A DNA stretch of 64,000 nucleotides from contig JBGSPW010000064.1 of NCBI GenBank assembly GCA_041738395.1, forward strand, positions 1 through 64,000, given 5' to 3'. Position 1 is the stretch's first letter. Each line of letters begins with the position of its first letter. The notes under the pieces were generated by a model, which worked only from the letters and a program-made list of their open reading frames with translations, did not search any database and was not told the origin of the DNA. Positions 1 through 9,607 of this stretch are shown piece by piece. Source of the DNA: Thermoflexales bacterium (GTDB lineage Bacteria; Chloroflexota; Anaerolineae; Fen-1058). A program made the translations under genes and the position numbers.

Positions 1-1
1 C

Positions 2-3000
2 TTCACGGTCTACGGCGATCAAACGCTGGCGAAAAAACTGGTGGTTGCCGGCAAGAAAGCCGATCTGATCATTGGCGGGCACAGTCATACCAACTTGACC
101 AGTGCGACGGTTGTCAGCGGCACCACGGTCGTGCAAGCCTACTACGCCGGGCGCAAGGTCGGCCGCGCTGATCTGACCATCGACACGACCGCCCATACCA
201 CGCTGGTCGCATGGCAGCCAATCACGATCAGCACCTCGGGCCCCGTCGATGCACCCACCGAGGCTCGAGTCAATATGTGGGCCAACGACCCAGCCTATCA
301 AGCGCAGATCAATCAAGTAATCGGCTTCAGCAACATCGATCTGGTCCGCGACTACAACGGCGACAACTTCGTCGGCGATCTGGTCAACGACTCGATCTAC
401 AACGACCTGAACACCGATGCGGATCCAGCCAATGACGTGGACATGGTGTTCAACAACGCGGGCGGCCTACGCACCGACATCACCGACACCGTCCATCCCT
501 TCACGCTGACGTATGGTCTGCTCTTCAGCGAATTGCCGTTCGGCAATGCGACCCTCGTCGGCGACATGACCGGCGCGCAGATTGTCGATCTGCTCAACCA
601 GAGCGCCACCTTATTCAAGGGCGCGCTGCAGGTGGGCGGCGTCCGCTACAAGTTCTATCGCTACAGCGATGCGCTCCCCGGCCCGCAACCGTACGCGTGG
701 GGCGCGTACAGCATCACTGTCAAGAACCGCAGCACGAGCCTCTACGAACCACTGGTGATGACCAAGACGTACAGCGTAGGCACCAATGAATTCATGGCCC
801 CGGCTGGGAACGACGGCTTCGTTCCGTTCAAGTATGTCACCAACTACTCGTACTACGGCGACATGCTTGACGGCGTCAATCGCTGGGTGAGCAAGATGTA
901 CAGCACCACCCTGTCAGCTTACAACGGCCCGAACGGTGACGGCCTGCTGGATGGCCGCATCACGCGCAACGGCACCGACACCTACGGTGGAACCCCCACC
1001 GAAGTTGTGCCAGTCACCATGCTCCACCACAATGACTCGCACGGCCGACTGCTCGACTACCTGTATCTCACAATGCAGCCTGGCTACACCCGCCTGGCGA
1101 CCCTCATCAAGCAAGAGCGCCAACACAATCCAAGCCGCACACTCTTGCTTAGCGGTGGCGATCAGATTCAGGGCGATGCCATGATGGCCTTCTACAAAGC
1201 GGCCTTCACCGGTAAAGGCGCTGATGGAACAACGCTGCCGGTTACGTTAACCGTGAATCCGATGATGGCGGCGATGAACTCCCTGGGCTATGATGCCATG
1301 ACGCTGGGCAATCACGAGTTCAACTATGGCAGCACCATCTTCACGGGCACGCTGGGGCAGGCAACCTTCCCGCTGCTGCAAGCGAATCTCTATGATACAG
1401 GTGCCTACGGTATTGCCGCTGTCGGCGTCAAGCCGTACATCACCAAGACCCTGCCCGGTCCGGTCGGCAACATCAATCTGGCCGTGCTCGGCATTGGCAA
1501 CCACCGCGTGCCGCAGTACGAACTGCCCAGCAACATCCCCGGCTTGACGTTCACTAACCCCATCACCGAAGCGCAGAATCGCGCTCCGGCGTTGAAGGCC
1601 GCCAATGATGTCGTCGTCGCGCTGACGCACATTGGGTTCACGACCATCCCGGGTAGTGGCGAAGTTGATACCAACGTCGATACCAACCTCGCGGCGCAAA
1701 CCACTGGCATCGACGCCATCGTCGGCGCCCACAGTCACACGAACCCGACCACGGGGCAAGATCCTTATAAGTTCCTGCCGACGTACGTGGGCGCGCCGGA
1801 CAACACCCCGGTGATCATCAACCAGGCCTATCGCTATAACACCTTCTTGGGTGAAGTCGTGTTAGGCTTGCTGCCGAAGGCGGGCAGCGGCTACGAAGTG
1901 GTGTCTCGCGCCGGCCGCGACATCGCCAACACCACGAGCATACCGGAGGATTCAGCGACCAAGGCAATCGTGCAGCCCTATGACGATTTCCTGGTCACGT
2001 ACAAGATGCGCGTCGTCGGTCAGACCACCGTTCCGATCGACACGCTGCTGGCTTTCACGCAAGAGACGAACGGCGCAAACTTGCAGGCTGACGCTTCGCT
2101 GTGGAAGTTAAACTCGGCGCTGTCGCCCACGGTCCAGATCGACTTCCACTTGTCGGGCGCGACAACCAGTGCGAAGATCGCCGCCTCCGCGACCTCCACC
2201 AGCCTGGTCACACTGACGGTCAATGATATGTATTCCTTGATACCGTATGAGAATTCCCTAGTGGTATTCCGCCTGAATGGCCCACAGATCAAGACAATCC
2301 TTGAGCGCGGGTACCGGAACTATTACTACTACAAGTACGTCCCCGGGTACGGCGGGTACTCCTACTACCCGACCTGTGTGCTCGACATCAGCAAGGATGG
2401 GCAAATCACCTACTGGAATACTTATCCCAGCCTCCCGAACGGGAACAACGTTGCCAGTTTGACGTTCAACAACCGCACGATAGACTTCCTCAACGCGACG
2501 ACGTACTACACTGTCTCAACCGTCAACTACATCGCCGCCGGTTCGTGCAACTTCAACAACGACGGGGTGACGCTCTGGCCACTGGCCCAGATCGTGGCTG
2601 ACACGCAGTACTATGTACGCGATGCGGTGATCAACTACATTCCGGGTCAGACTCAGCCTATCGCGCCAGCGATCGAGGGACGATTAGTATTTGCGTCAGC
2701 CGTTCTCCCCAGCGGTATCAGCATCAGTGGCCCGACCACAGGTACCGTTGGCACCACTTACACATTCACTGCGACTGTCAGCCCGGTCACGGCGACAACG
2801 CCCATCACCTACGTGTGGCAGATCGTCGGCCAACCATCTGTGACGCATGTGGGTGGACTCACTGATACAGTTCTATTTGCTTGGCCGCCCGGCACGCAGG
2901 GCGCACAAACCGTCGACGTTTCGGCGAGCAATGCCGTGGGGACGATCACCGGCACACACACGATTATTCTTGGCCCACCCGTCAATACACTGCGCGTACG

Positions 3001-6000
3001 CGGCAACGAGCCCACCATGCTCGATCCGGCACTCGTGACCTACATCGACGAGTGGCGAGTCGCCCGTCAAACCTTCGAGGGGTTGACACGCTTGGACGAA
3101 AATCTTGAACCTCGTCCGGCGCTGGCCAGCGCGTGGAGTTACTCGCCAGATGCGCGTGTGTATACCTTCACGCTGCGCGAAGCATACTTCGCCAACGGAC
3201 GGCGCGTCGTGGCCGACGATGTAACGACCTCTTTCATGCGCGCCTTGTCGCCGACGATCAACGGCGGCAACCCGGCCGATTACGCTTCCATGCTCTACGA
3301 TATTCAGGGCGCGGCACAATATAACAGCGGCTCGATCACCGTGCCCGTCGGCATTCACGCGTTGGATGCGTCAACTGTCCGGTTCGATCTGGTCGATGTC
3401 ATGCCGCCGGGAGTGTTTCTCAAGAAGCTTACCCTGCCCATTGCGAGTCTCGTCCCCATCGAAGCAGTCAACGCCGGCGGTGTAAACTGGTGGCGTGACC
3501 CGGCGCACTATTTTGGCGCGGGGCCTTATCGGCTAACCGAGTGGCTATCCGGTTCACACATCTCGCTGATTGCCAATCCCCTCTATCTCGCCGGTAATCC
3601 GATCGGATATGGCGGCCAACTGGTGCCCGATGGTGTAACGATCTATTTCACGGATACAACGACGGCTCTGGCGGCCTTCCGCGCCGATCAGCTGGATATT
3701 GTTGAAGTTTCTTCCTCCGAGATGATGACGATTACAGCTGATCCACACCTCGCTAACAATCTGATCAGCGCGCCGGGAACGTGCACGTTCTGGTGGGCGA
3801 TGGATAACCAGACGGCGCCGTTCAATGGCGCAAACGGTCTGAAGCTGCGCCAGGCAATCGGGCACGCGCTCGACCGATCGGCCTTGGTGAGCGCGACGCT
3901 GAACAACATCGGGACCCCGGCCATCGGATTACTCCCACCATCGATCTACGGCTACAATCCCGCCTTGCAGGGTCTGCCCTTCAATCTCATTTCGGCCACT
4001 CAACGTTTAGCCGAGTCTGGCTATCTGGGCACGCCACAAATCATCCTGCGCACCGGCTTGAATCACCTGCCGAAAGCGCAAAACATTCACGATCAATTGC
4101 AAAACCATCTCGGCCTCAACATCGCCGTGCTGACCACGACTGTTTTTTCGGAGCGAGAATTACGCGGGTGGTGCGCCGATTATCCTGATCCAGAGAACTG
4201 GCTGCCCCCCCTGCTACGCAGTGATGCGACCTTCAATAGCGGTCACTATAACAATCCCATATTTGATGCTCTAGTCGATCAGGCCGGGCACACCATCACC
4301 GAGTCCGAACGATTGACGTTGTATCGTCAGGCGGAAGAGCTGGCGATGTCGGAAGGCGCGGTGATTCCTCTCTATCATTTTCAGTCCACTCTGCTCCAGT
4401 CACCGCGCGTCACCGGGCCGCTTATCGCCAACTGGCAATGGGTGTTGCCTTTTGACATGCTGCGCATCCAGGCGGGGCGCGGCGCGGCGGAAGACCTCCC
4501 TCCTGGCACGACCATCACCGATACCACCCCGATCGCCGCTTCCGCCAACTGGTATCGTGTCCCGGTCGCTCAACCCGGTTCGACATTGACCGTCACACTC
4601 GGCGAACTAGGGGAGGATTTTGATCTGTATCTGTTCGCGCCCGAAGTGGACGAAGAAACCGGCCAGCTGCGCGACATCGGGCAGATTGCCGACCTGGGGC
4701 AAATGGGCAACATCGGCCAAATGGGCAACATCGGCCAGATGGGCAACATCGGCGACTTGTTGGATCTGGGGCAAATGGGCAATATCGGACAGATGGGGAA
4801 CATCGGCCAGATGGGCAACATCGGCCAGATGGGGAATATCGGGCAAATGGGCAACATTGGCCAGATGGGGAACATCGGCACGTTGGTCGGCGTCTCCGCC
4901 AATCCGTTCACGGCCACCGAACAAATCGCTCACGATGTCCACGAACTGGCAGGGAATTATTACATCGCCGTCGCCAGCCAGTCGGCCAGTGCAGCGAGCA
5001 CCCCCTACTCGCTGACCGCCTGGATCGCCCCGCCGACACAGGCCTATCTGCCGATTACAGAGACTGTGCCGATCACGTTTACGACACCGCCCACCGACAC
5101 CGCGATCAACACGCTCATCCTGGTCAATCCGTCACGGCTCAATCGATTCTATCCGAGTGGCGAGACGATCACTTCCACGCAATTGATCAGCCGGCTGGAG
5201 ATGCTGCGAGCGCATCCGAACGTCAACGGTGAGATCATTTCGCTCGACGCGTATCCGGCGGTTGTGGCCGCCTACGATCGTTGGGATCAGCAGCCGCTCA
5301 ATCCGATGGCGGCCAATCACGTGGCGATGACGATCAAATCGCTGCTCTATCGCTTGGCTCCGGCCTATCCCAATTGGCAGTATCTCGTCATCGTCGGCGA
5401 TGATCGCGCTATTCCACAACGTCGTCTGGTCGATGAGGCGCTCATCGCCAATGAACGCACGTATGCCGGTGTGGCCTACACGCCCATCATTTCTTCGTCA
5501 TTGGGCGCGCGCTATCTCTTGAGTGATGATTATTACGCGGGCCTGCTGCCCCTGCCCTGGCGCGGGCGCGAGTTGTATCTGCCGCAAATCAGCAGCGGGC
5601 GACTGGTGGAGTCGCCGAGTGAGATCGTGGCGGCCCTCAACGCGTACCTGGCGCAGCCGGTCATCACCCCGACCAATGCGCTGGTGACCGGCTATGATTT
5701 CTTGATCGATGAAGCGAACGCCATCAGCGCGACGTTGCGCGCCGCCGGCCTGAATGACCTGCGCGGCTTGATCAGCAATGTGTGGACGGATAGCGATCTG
5801 CGCACGCAACTCTTTGGGCCGATCGCGCCTGCACTGAATTCGATCAACTCCCACTTCCAACACTATCGCCTCTTCCCGACCAACCCCTCCGGCCAGCTGT
5901 TTGCCACCGAGATCACGGCGACCACCAACTACACCGGCGCACTCTTCTTTTCGGTTGGCTGCCATTCGGGGTTGAATGTGCCCGATACGGATTCGTTCAA

Positions 6001-7825
6001 TCTTCAGACCGGCACCGATTGGCCGCAAGCCTTCCTGCGGCGCGGCGCAACGTTGATCGGCAATACGGGCTACGGCTACGGCGATTCTGATCTGGTGGCT
6101 TATTCCGAGCGCCTGATGTTGAACTTCACGCAGGCATTAGGCGATCATGCGCAAGGCGCGCCAACGGTGGGGCGCGCGCTCTTGCAAGCAAAACAGGGTT
6201 ACTACAACAGCGCCTCGGCCGGCTCGCTCAGCACCTATGATGAGAAGGTGCTGGCGGAAACAACGTTGTACGGCTTGCCCATGTTGCAAATCAATCTACC
6301 GACAGTCACGACAGCTGCTCAACCCGATCGGCCGCAGCACGTTCAAGCGCAAGACGTCTTCACCACGCGCGTGGCCTTGCCGCTGGCGTTTACGCCGCAC
6401 GCGGGCAGCCTGGGCACGTTCTACACGATCGTAGGCGAGGAGGACGCGCACGCGGCCGGCGCGCGCCCCATCGAGCCACGTACCAATCGCGACGTGCACG
6501 TCGCCGATACAATCGCGCATGGCGCGCTGCTGCTAGGCGGCACTTTCACGCAGCAGCCCATCGATCCCTTCATTTCGCGCGTCGTCACGGACGAGTTGTA
6601 TCTGCCGGACGAACCGCACTTTCCAACCGAAGCCTGGTATCCCATGCAAATGAGCGTGGTCAATCGTTTCCTGGCGATTGACGGCCAATCTCATGAGCGG
6701 CTCGTCGTCGTACCTGGCCAATTCAAGGCCACGGCCGACATCCCGGCAACCAGCGGCCTGCAACGCTTATACACTTGGCTGGATTACGAAGTCTATCATG
6801 CACCCTTCACGATGACCGACTTTATCGCGCCAAGCATCTGGAATGTGGAAGCGTACAGCACTACCAGTGCTCTGTTGTTCCGCGCGCTCGTCACCGACGA
6901 TCAATACGATCTGCGGCGCGTGGTCATTTTGTATCGCCCCTTGTCGATCAACACGTGGAGCCGCGCCGATCTGGCTTATGATCCGCTGACACATTACGCC
7001 TTCGCCAGTGTGCCGCCGTTAGCGGAAGACTTTGAATACTTCGTGCAGGCGGTCGATCAGGCGGGCAACGTCGCGCTCGCGCTCGATCACGGCAACTCCT
7101 TCCAGCAGTACTCTACGGTCGAAGCACGGCTTGAGGCAACCACGACTACCGTGACCGAAAATGCGGGTAGCGCGATTGTGGCCGTGATGTTGAGCACACC
7201 GCCCATCATCACCACCATGATCGATTATGCCACGCTCGGCGGTACGGCTCACGCCGGATCAGACTACGCGGCCGCCAGCGGTACCTTGATCTTCTCGCCG
7301 GGGATGACACGCACCACGATCAACCTGACGCTGCTGAACGACAACGTCTACGAACTCGGCGAAAACTTCACCCTCAAGTTGAGCAATCCCGTCAACGCCA
7401 GTCTGGGTGATCCCGTCCTGCTCACGTTCATGATCCTCGACGACGATGCGCTGCCGGCAGTCGCCTTTGCTTCTAGTGCAGCGACCGTCTCGGAAGCCGG
7501 CGGCAGCGCCATCATCACCGTGACGCTCGATCATCCCTCGGTGTTGACGACCACCGTCGCGTATGCCACCACCGACGGCATGGCCAATGCCGGCAGCGAC
7601 TACATCGCGACCAGTGGTACGCTGACTTTTGCGCCGCTGACCACCAGCTCAACCTTCGCGGTTGGCATTGTTAATGACGCCAAGCATGAAGTGACGGAAA
7701 CACTGACCGTGAACTTAAGCAATCCTGGCAACGCAACGTTGGGCGTACCGAATCAATTGACCCTCTTCATCGGCGATGATGATGCCGCAGGATCCAAAGT
7801 CTATTTGCCGTTGATCAGGAGATAA
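2..7825 (+). CDS. Giant multidomain secreted protein, 5'-partial (open at the window start). Domains in order: two metallophosphatase/5'-nucleotidase modules, a PKD-like domain, a family-5 solute-binding (peptide SBP) domain, a PPC domain with tandem GQMGNI repeats, a clan-CD (C25/gingipain-like) peptidase-like domain and three Calx-beta domains.
   Basis: Continuous ORF with no upstream stop in frame back to nt 2. Metallophosphatase motifs GGHSHT, GNHEFNYG and GAHSHTN. SBP_bac_5-like stretch (FEGLTRLDENLEPRPALASAWS...). PPC-like stretch (YRVPVAQPGSTLTVTLGELGEDFDLYLF...NYYIAVAS). Cys/His peptidase-like motifs (INSHFQHY, FFSVGCHSG). C-terminal repeats (GSDYxAxSGTLxFxPG) typical of Calx-beta. 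Confidence 0.7.
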   Translation, partial: FTVYGDQTLAKKLVVAGKKADLIIGGHSHTNLTSATVVSGTTVVQAYYAGRKVGRADLTIDTTAHTTLVAWQPITISTSGPVDAPTEARVNMWANDPAYQAQINQVIGFSNIDLVRDYNGDNFVGDLVNDSIYNDLNTDADPANDVDMVFNNAGGLRTDITDTVHPFTLTYGLLFSELPFGNATLVGDMTGAQIVDLLNQSATLFKGALQVGGVRYKFYRYSDALPGPQPYAWGAYSITVKNRSTSLYEPLVMTKTYSVGTNEFMAPAGNDGFVPFKYVTNYSYYGDMLDGVNRWVSKMYSTTLSAYNGPNGDGLLDGRITRNGTDTYGGTPTEVVPVTMLHHNDSHGRLLDYLYLTMQPGYTRLATLIKQERQHNPSRTLLLSGGDQIQGDAMMAFYKAAFTGKGADGTTLPVTLTVNPMMAAMNSLGYDAMTLGNHEFNYGSTIFTGTLGQATFPLLQANLYDTGAYGIAAVGVKPYITKTLPGPVGNINLAVLGIGNHRVPQYELPSNIPGLTFTNPITEAQNRAPALKAANDVVVALTHIGFTTIPGSGEVDTNVDTNLAAQTTGIDAIVGAHSHTNPTTGQDPYKFLPTYVGAPDNTPVIINQAYRYNTFLGEVVLGLLPKAGSGYEVVSRAGRDIANTTSIPEDSATKAIVQPYDDFLVTYKMRVVGQTTVPIDTLLAFTQETNGANLQADASLWKLNSALSPTVQIDFHLSGATTSAKIAASATSTSLVTLTVNDMYSLIPYENSLVVFRLNGPQIKTILERGYRNYYYYKYVPGYGGYSYYPTCVLDISKDGQITYWNTYPSLPNGNNVASLTFNNRTIDFLNATTYYTVSTVNYIAAGSCNFNNDGVTLWPLAQIVADTQYYVRDAVINYIPGQTQPIAPAIEGRLVFASAVLPSGISISGPTTGTVGTTYTFTATVSPVTATTPITYVWQIVGQPSVTHVGGLTDTVLFAWPPGTQGAQTVDVSASNAVGTITGTHTIILGPPVNTLRVRGNEPTMLDPALVTYIDEWRVARQTFEGLTRLDENLEPRPALASAWSYSPDARVYTFTLREAYFANGRRVVADDVTTSFMRALSPTINGGNPADYASMLYDIQGAAQYNSGSITVPVGIHALDASTVRFDLVDVMPPGVFLKKLTLPIASLVPIEAVNAGGVNWWRDPAHYFGAGPYRLTEWLSGSHISLIANPLYLAGNPIGYGGQLVPDGVTIYFTDTTTALAAFRADQLDIVEVSSSEMMTITADPHLANNLISAPGTCTFWWAMDNQTAPFNGANGLKLRQAIGHALDRSALVSATLNNIGTPAIGLLPPSIYGYNPALQGLPFNLISATQRLAESGYLGTPQIILRTGLNHLPKAQNIHDQLQNHLGLNIAVLTTTVFSERELRGWCADYPDPENWLPPLLRSDATFNSGHYNNPIFDALVDQAGHTITESERLTLYRQAEELAMSEGAVIPLYHFQSTLLQSPRVTGPLIANWQWVLPFDMLRIQAGRGAAEDLPPGTTITDTTPIAASANWYRVPVAQPGSTLTVTLGELGEDFDLYLFAPEVDEETGQLRDIGQIADLGQMGNIGQMGNIGQMGNIGDLLDLGQMGNIGQMGNIGQMGNIGQMGNIGQMGNIGQMGNIGTLVGVSANPFTATEQIAHDVHELAGNYYIAVASQSASAASTPYSLTAWIAPPTQAYLPITETVPITFTTPPTDTAINTLILVNPSRLNRFYPSGETITSTQLISRLEMLRAHPNVNGEIISLDAYPAVVAAYDRWDQQPLNPMAANHVAMTIKSLLYRLAPAYPNWQYLVIVGDDRAIPQRRLVDEALIANERTYAGVAYTPIISSSLGARYLLSDDYYAGLLPLPWRGRELYLPQISSGRLVESPSEIVAALNAYLAQPVITPTNALVTGYDFLIDEANAISATLRAAGLNDLRGLISNVWTDSDLRTQLFGPIAPALNSINSHFQHYRLFPTNPSGQLFATEITATTNYTGALFFSVGCHSGLNVPDTDSFNLQTGTDWPQAFLRRGATLIGNTGYGYGDSDLVAYSERLMLNFTQALGDHAQGAPTVGRALLQAKQGYYNSASAGSLSTYDEKVLAETTLYGLPMLQINLPTVTTAAQPDRPQHVQAQDVFTTRVALPLAFTPHAGSLGTFYTIVGEEDAHAAGARPIEPRTNRDVHVADTIAHGALLLGGTFTQQPIDPFISRVVTDELYLPDEPHFPTEAWYPMQMSVVNRFLAIDGQSHERLVVVPGQFKATADIPATSGLQRLYTWLDYEVYHAPFTMTDFIAPSIWNVEAYSTTSALLFRALVTDDQYDLRRVVILYRPLSINTWSRADLAYDPLTHYAFASVPPLAEDFEYFVQAVDQAGNVALALDHGNSFQQYSTVEARLEATTTTVTENAGSAIVAVMLSTPPIITTMIDYATLGGTAHAGSDYAAASGTLIFSPGMTRTTINLTLLNDNVYELGENFTLKLSNPVNASLGDPVLLTFMILDDDALPAVAFASSAATVSEAGGSAIITVTLDHPSVLTTTVAYATTDGMANAGSDYIATSGTLTFAPLTTSSTFAVGIVNDAKHEVTETLTVNLSNPGNATLGVPNQLTLFIGDDDAAGSKVYLPLIRR
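4672..4880 (+). repeat. About ten copies of an 18-bp in-frame tandem repeat (unit GGCCAGATGGGCAACATC, encoding GQMGNI), with one interruption, inside the giant protein.
   Basis: Direct reading of nt 4672-4880. Units differ only at third codon positions. Confidence 0.9.
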
Positions 7826-7942
7826 GCGTCGGGCTGTGTGCTAACCGCCTCAATCCGCCGGTCGTCCGAAGATCGATCTTTGGACGACCGGCATTTTTTA
7901 CCCCAATGTTATAATCGAGACAGTCCCCGCGCGAGATGCCCT

Positions 7943-8518
7943 ATGGCCGATCCATTCACCCACACCCGCCGCTCGATCCGGCGCTATCTCGATCGCCCTG
8001 TTCCCATGGAGTTGATCGATCAACTTCTGGAAGCGGCCACGCGTGCGCCCTCGGCTCATAATCTCCAACCGTGGCGCTTTGCGGTGATCTCCAGCCCGAT
8101 CGTTAAAGCGCAGCTCGCCGATCGAATGGGAGAACGGTTGAAAGCCGATCGGCAGCGCGAGGCCGATCGGGTAGCCGAGATCGATCGAGATGTGCAGCGC
8201 TCGCGGGAGCGCCTCAACGCCGCGCCGGTTGTGATCGTCGTGTGTCTGTCGTCGCTCGATCTGGATGAAGCGCGCGAACGAATCATGGCGATACAGAGTG
8301 TGGCCGCCTCGATCGAGAATCTGTTGTTGGCGGCGCACGAGGCAGGACTGGGCGCGTGCTGGATGGCTGCACCGCTGTACTGTCCCGACGTGGTGCGCGA
8401 CGTGTTGCAGTTGCCGGACGATTGGGAAGCACAGGCATTGATCACAGTTGGGTACCCAGCGGATAAGGTCAAGCCAAAAGCGCGCGTTGATTTTCGAGAG
8501 AAAACAATTTACCGGTAG
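7943..8518 (+). CDS. Nitroreductase-family protein. It resembles the FbiB C-terminal domain and is a possible dehydro-F420-0 reductase.
   Basis: N-terminal RRSIRRYLDRPVP...APSAHNLQPWRF matches the nitroreductase fold. The ATG at 7943 is chosen over the upstream GTG at 7838. The gene sits directly upstream of cofD and cofC. Confidence 0.6.
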   Translation: MADPFTHTRRSIRRYLDRPVPMELIDQLLEAATRAPSAHNLQPWRFAVISSPIVKAQLADRMGERLKADRQREADRVAEIDRDVQRSRERLNAAPVVIVVCLSSLDLDEARERIMAIQSVAASIENLLLAAHEAGLGACWMAAPLYCPDVVRDVLQLPDDWEAQALITVGYPADKVKPKARVDFREKTIYR

Positions 8519-8531
8519 GGGCGAGGACAAC

Positions 8532-9563
8532 ATGAACATTGTGGCCTTAGCAGGCGGCGTGGGTGGAGCAAAGTTGGCGCAGGGACTCACCCTCACCCCA
8601 GTCCTCTCCCTTGAAGGGAGAGGGAGTTTGACGATCATCGTCAACACGGGCGATGATTTTGAATGGCACGGGCTAACCATCTGCCCCGATCTCGATACAG
8701 TGACGTACACGCTGGGTGGATGGGCAAACACCGTTACTGGCTGGGGTGTGGCGGGCGATACGTTCGAGGCGATCGGTGCGCTGCAGCGGCTGGGCATCGA
8801 GCCGTGGTTCAAGATCGGCGATCGAGATTTGGCGACACATGTGTATCGCACTGAATTGCTGCGCCAGGGTCAGACCTTGACCGAAGTCACGCGCCGCATC
8901 ACCCGCGCCCTTGGCATCGAGGCAACGATCCTGCCGATGACGGATGATCGCTTGCGGACGATGATAGACACCGATCAAGGCGTGTTGGAATTTCAAGAAT
9001 ATTTCGTGCGGCGGCAGTGGCAGCCGATCATTCGCCGCATCTTCTTCGACGGTGCTGAGACGGCCCGCGCTACCCCGCAGGTCAGCAGCGCGTTGGCGCA
9101 AGCCGATGCCATCCTCATCGCTCCGTCGAATCCGTTTGTGAGCGTGGAACCGATCTTGAGCCTCACCCCCCTACCCCCTCTCCCGAAATCGTCCTTCGAC
9201 TCCGCTTCGCTCCGCTCACGCCGTACCCGCGAAGCGGCGGCGCGCTGGGCGGGAGGCGGAGTTCGGGCGAGGGGGCCGGGGGGGAGGCTTGCCGTGTCGC
9301 CCATCGTCGGCGGGCAGGCCCTCAAAGGCCCCGCGGCCAAGATGTTCCGCGAACTGGGTGTGGAACCATCGGCCTTTGCCGTGGCACAGCATTACCACGG
9401 TCTCGTCACCCACTTCGTGCTCGATCAACTCGACGCCGATCAAGAAAGTGCGATACAATCGCTGGGCATGAAAACGCTGGTGACGAATACGATCATGCCG
9501 TCGGTGGAAGATCGCGTGCGACTCGCTACAGAAGTGGTAGAATTCGTAAAACGTAATACGTAA
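8532..9563 (+). CDS. cofD: 2-phospho-L-lactate transferase (CofD/FbiA) for F420 biosynthesis. It carries an in-frame insertion of about 130 nt made of a palindromic repeat element.
   Basis: MNIVALAGGVGGAKLAQGL...IIVNTGDDFEWHGLTICPDLDTVTYTLGG is the canonical CofD N-terminus. An RBS precedes the ATG at 8532. The insert spans 9159-9289. Confidence 0.85.
   Translation: MNIVALAGGVGGAKLAQGLTLTPVLSLEGRGSLTIIVNTGDDFEWHGLTICPDLDTVTYTLGGWANTVTGWGVAGDTFEAIGALQRLGIEPWFKIGDRDLATHVYRTELLRQGQTLTEVTRRITRALGIEATILPMTDDRLRTMIDTDQGVLEFQEYFVRRQWQPIIRRIFFDGAETARATPQVSSALAQADAILIAPSNPFVSVEPILSLTPLPPLPKSSFDSASLRSRRTREAAARWAGGGVRARGPGGRLAVSPIVGGQALKGPAAKMFRELGVEPSAFAVAQHYHGLVTHFVLDQLDADQESAIQSLGMKTLVTNTIMPSVEDRVRLATEVVEFVKRNT
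9159..9289. repeat. GC-rich nested palindromic element (copy 1), inserted in-frame within cofD. Its core is shared with 40624-40766.
   Basis: Core cttcgactccgcttcgctccgctcacgccgtacccgcgaagcggcggcgcgctgggcgg is about 90% identical to 40689-40752. Flanking arms are inverted: agcctcaccccc versus gggggggaggct. Confidence 0.75.
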
Positions 9564-9598
9564 AACGTAACACCGCGCCTTACGTTTCACGTTTTATC
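9544..9598. repeat. GTAAAACGTAA/TTACGTTTCACG hairpin element (copy 1), overlapping the cofD stop. It is probably a terminator or REP-like element.
   Basis: cgtaaaacgtaatacgtaaaacgtaa...ttacgtttcacgtttt. A second copy lies at 62565-62633. Confidence 0.6.
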
Positions 9599-9607
9599 CT
9601 TCACACC

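Noticed and set aside
4672-4880. Regular short repeats that could be mistaken for a CRISPR array.
   Set aside because: The units are contiguous 18-mers with no spacers. They lie in-frame inside a long ORF and encode a GQMGNI peptide repeat.
1247-7534. Many minus-strand ORFs overlapping the giant plus-strand gene.
   Set aside because: These are high-GC shadow ORFs, and the plus-strand frame carries strong domain signatures throughout.
7838-7942. Upstream GTG start for the nitroreductase, giving an extra 35 aa.
   Set aside because: The extension is low-complexity and not nitroreductase-like. The family N-terminus begins at the ATG at 7943.
8580-8625. Palindrome ctctcccttgaagggagag inside cofD, a possible second inserted element.
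   Set aside because: The encoded segment falls in the naturally variable N-terminal loop of CofD/FbiA and alignment needs no extra length. It is probably a coincidental hairpin.
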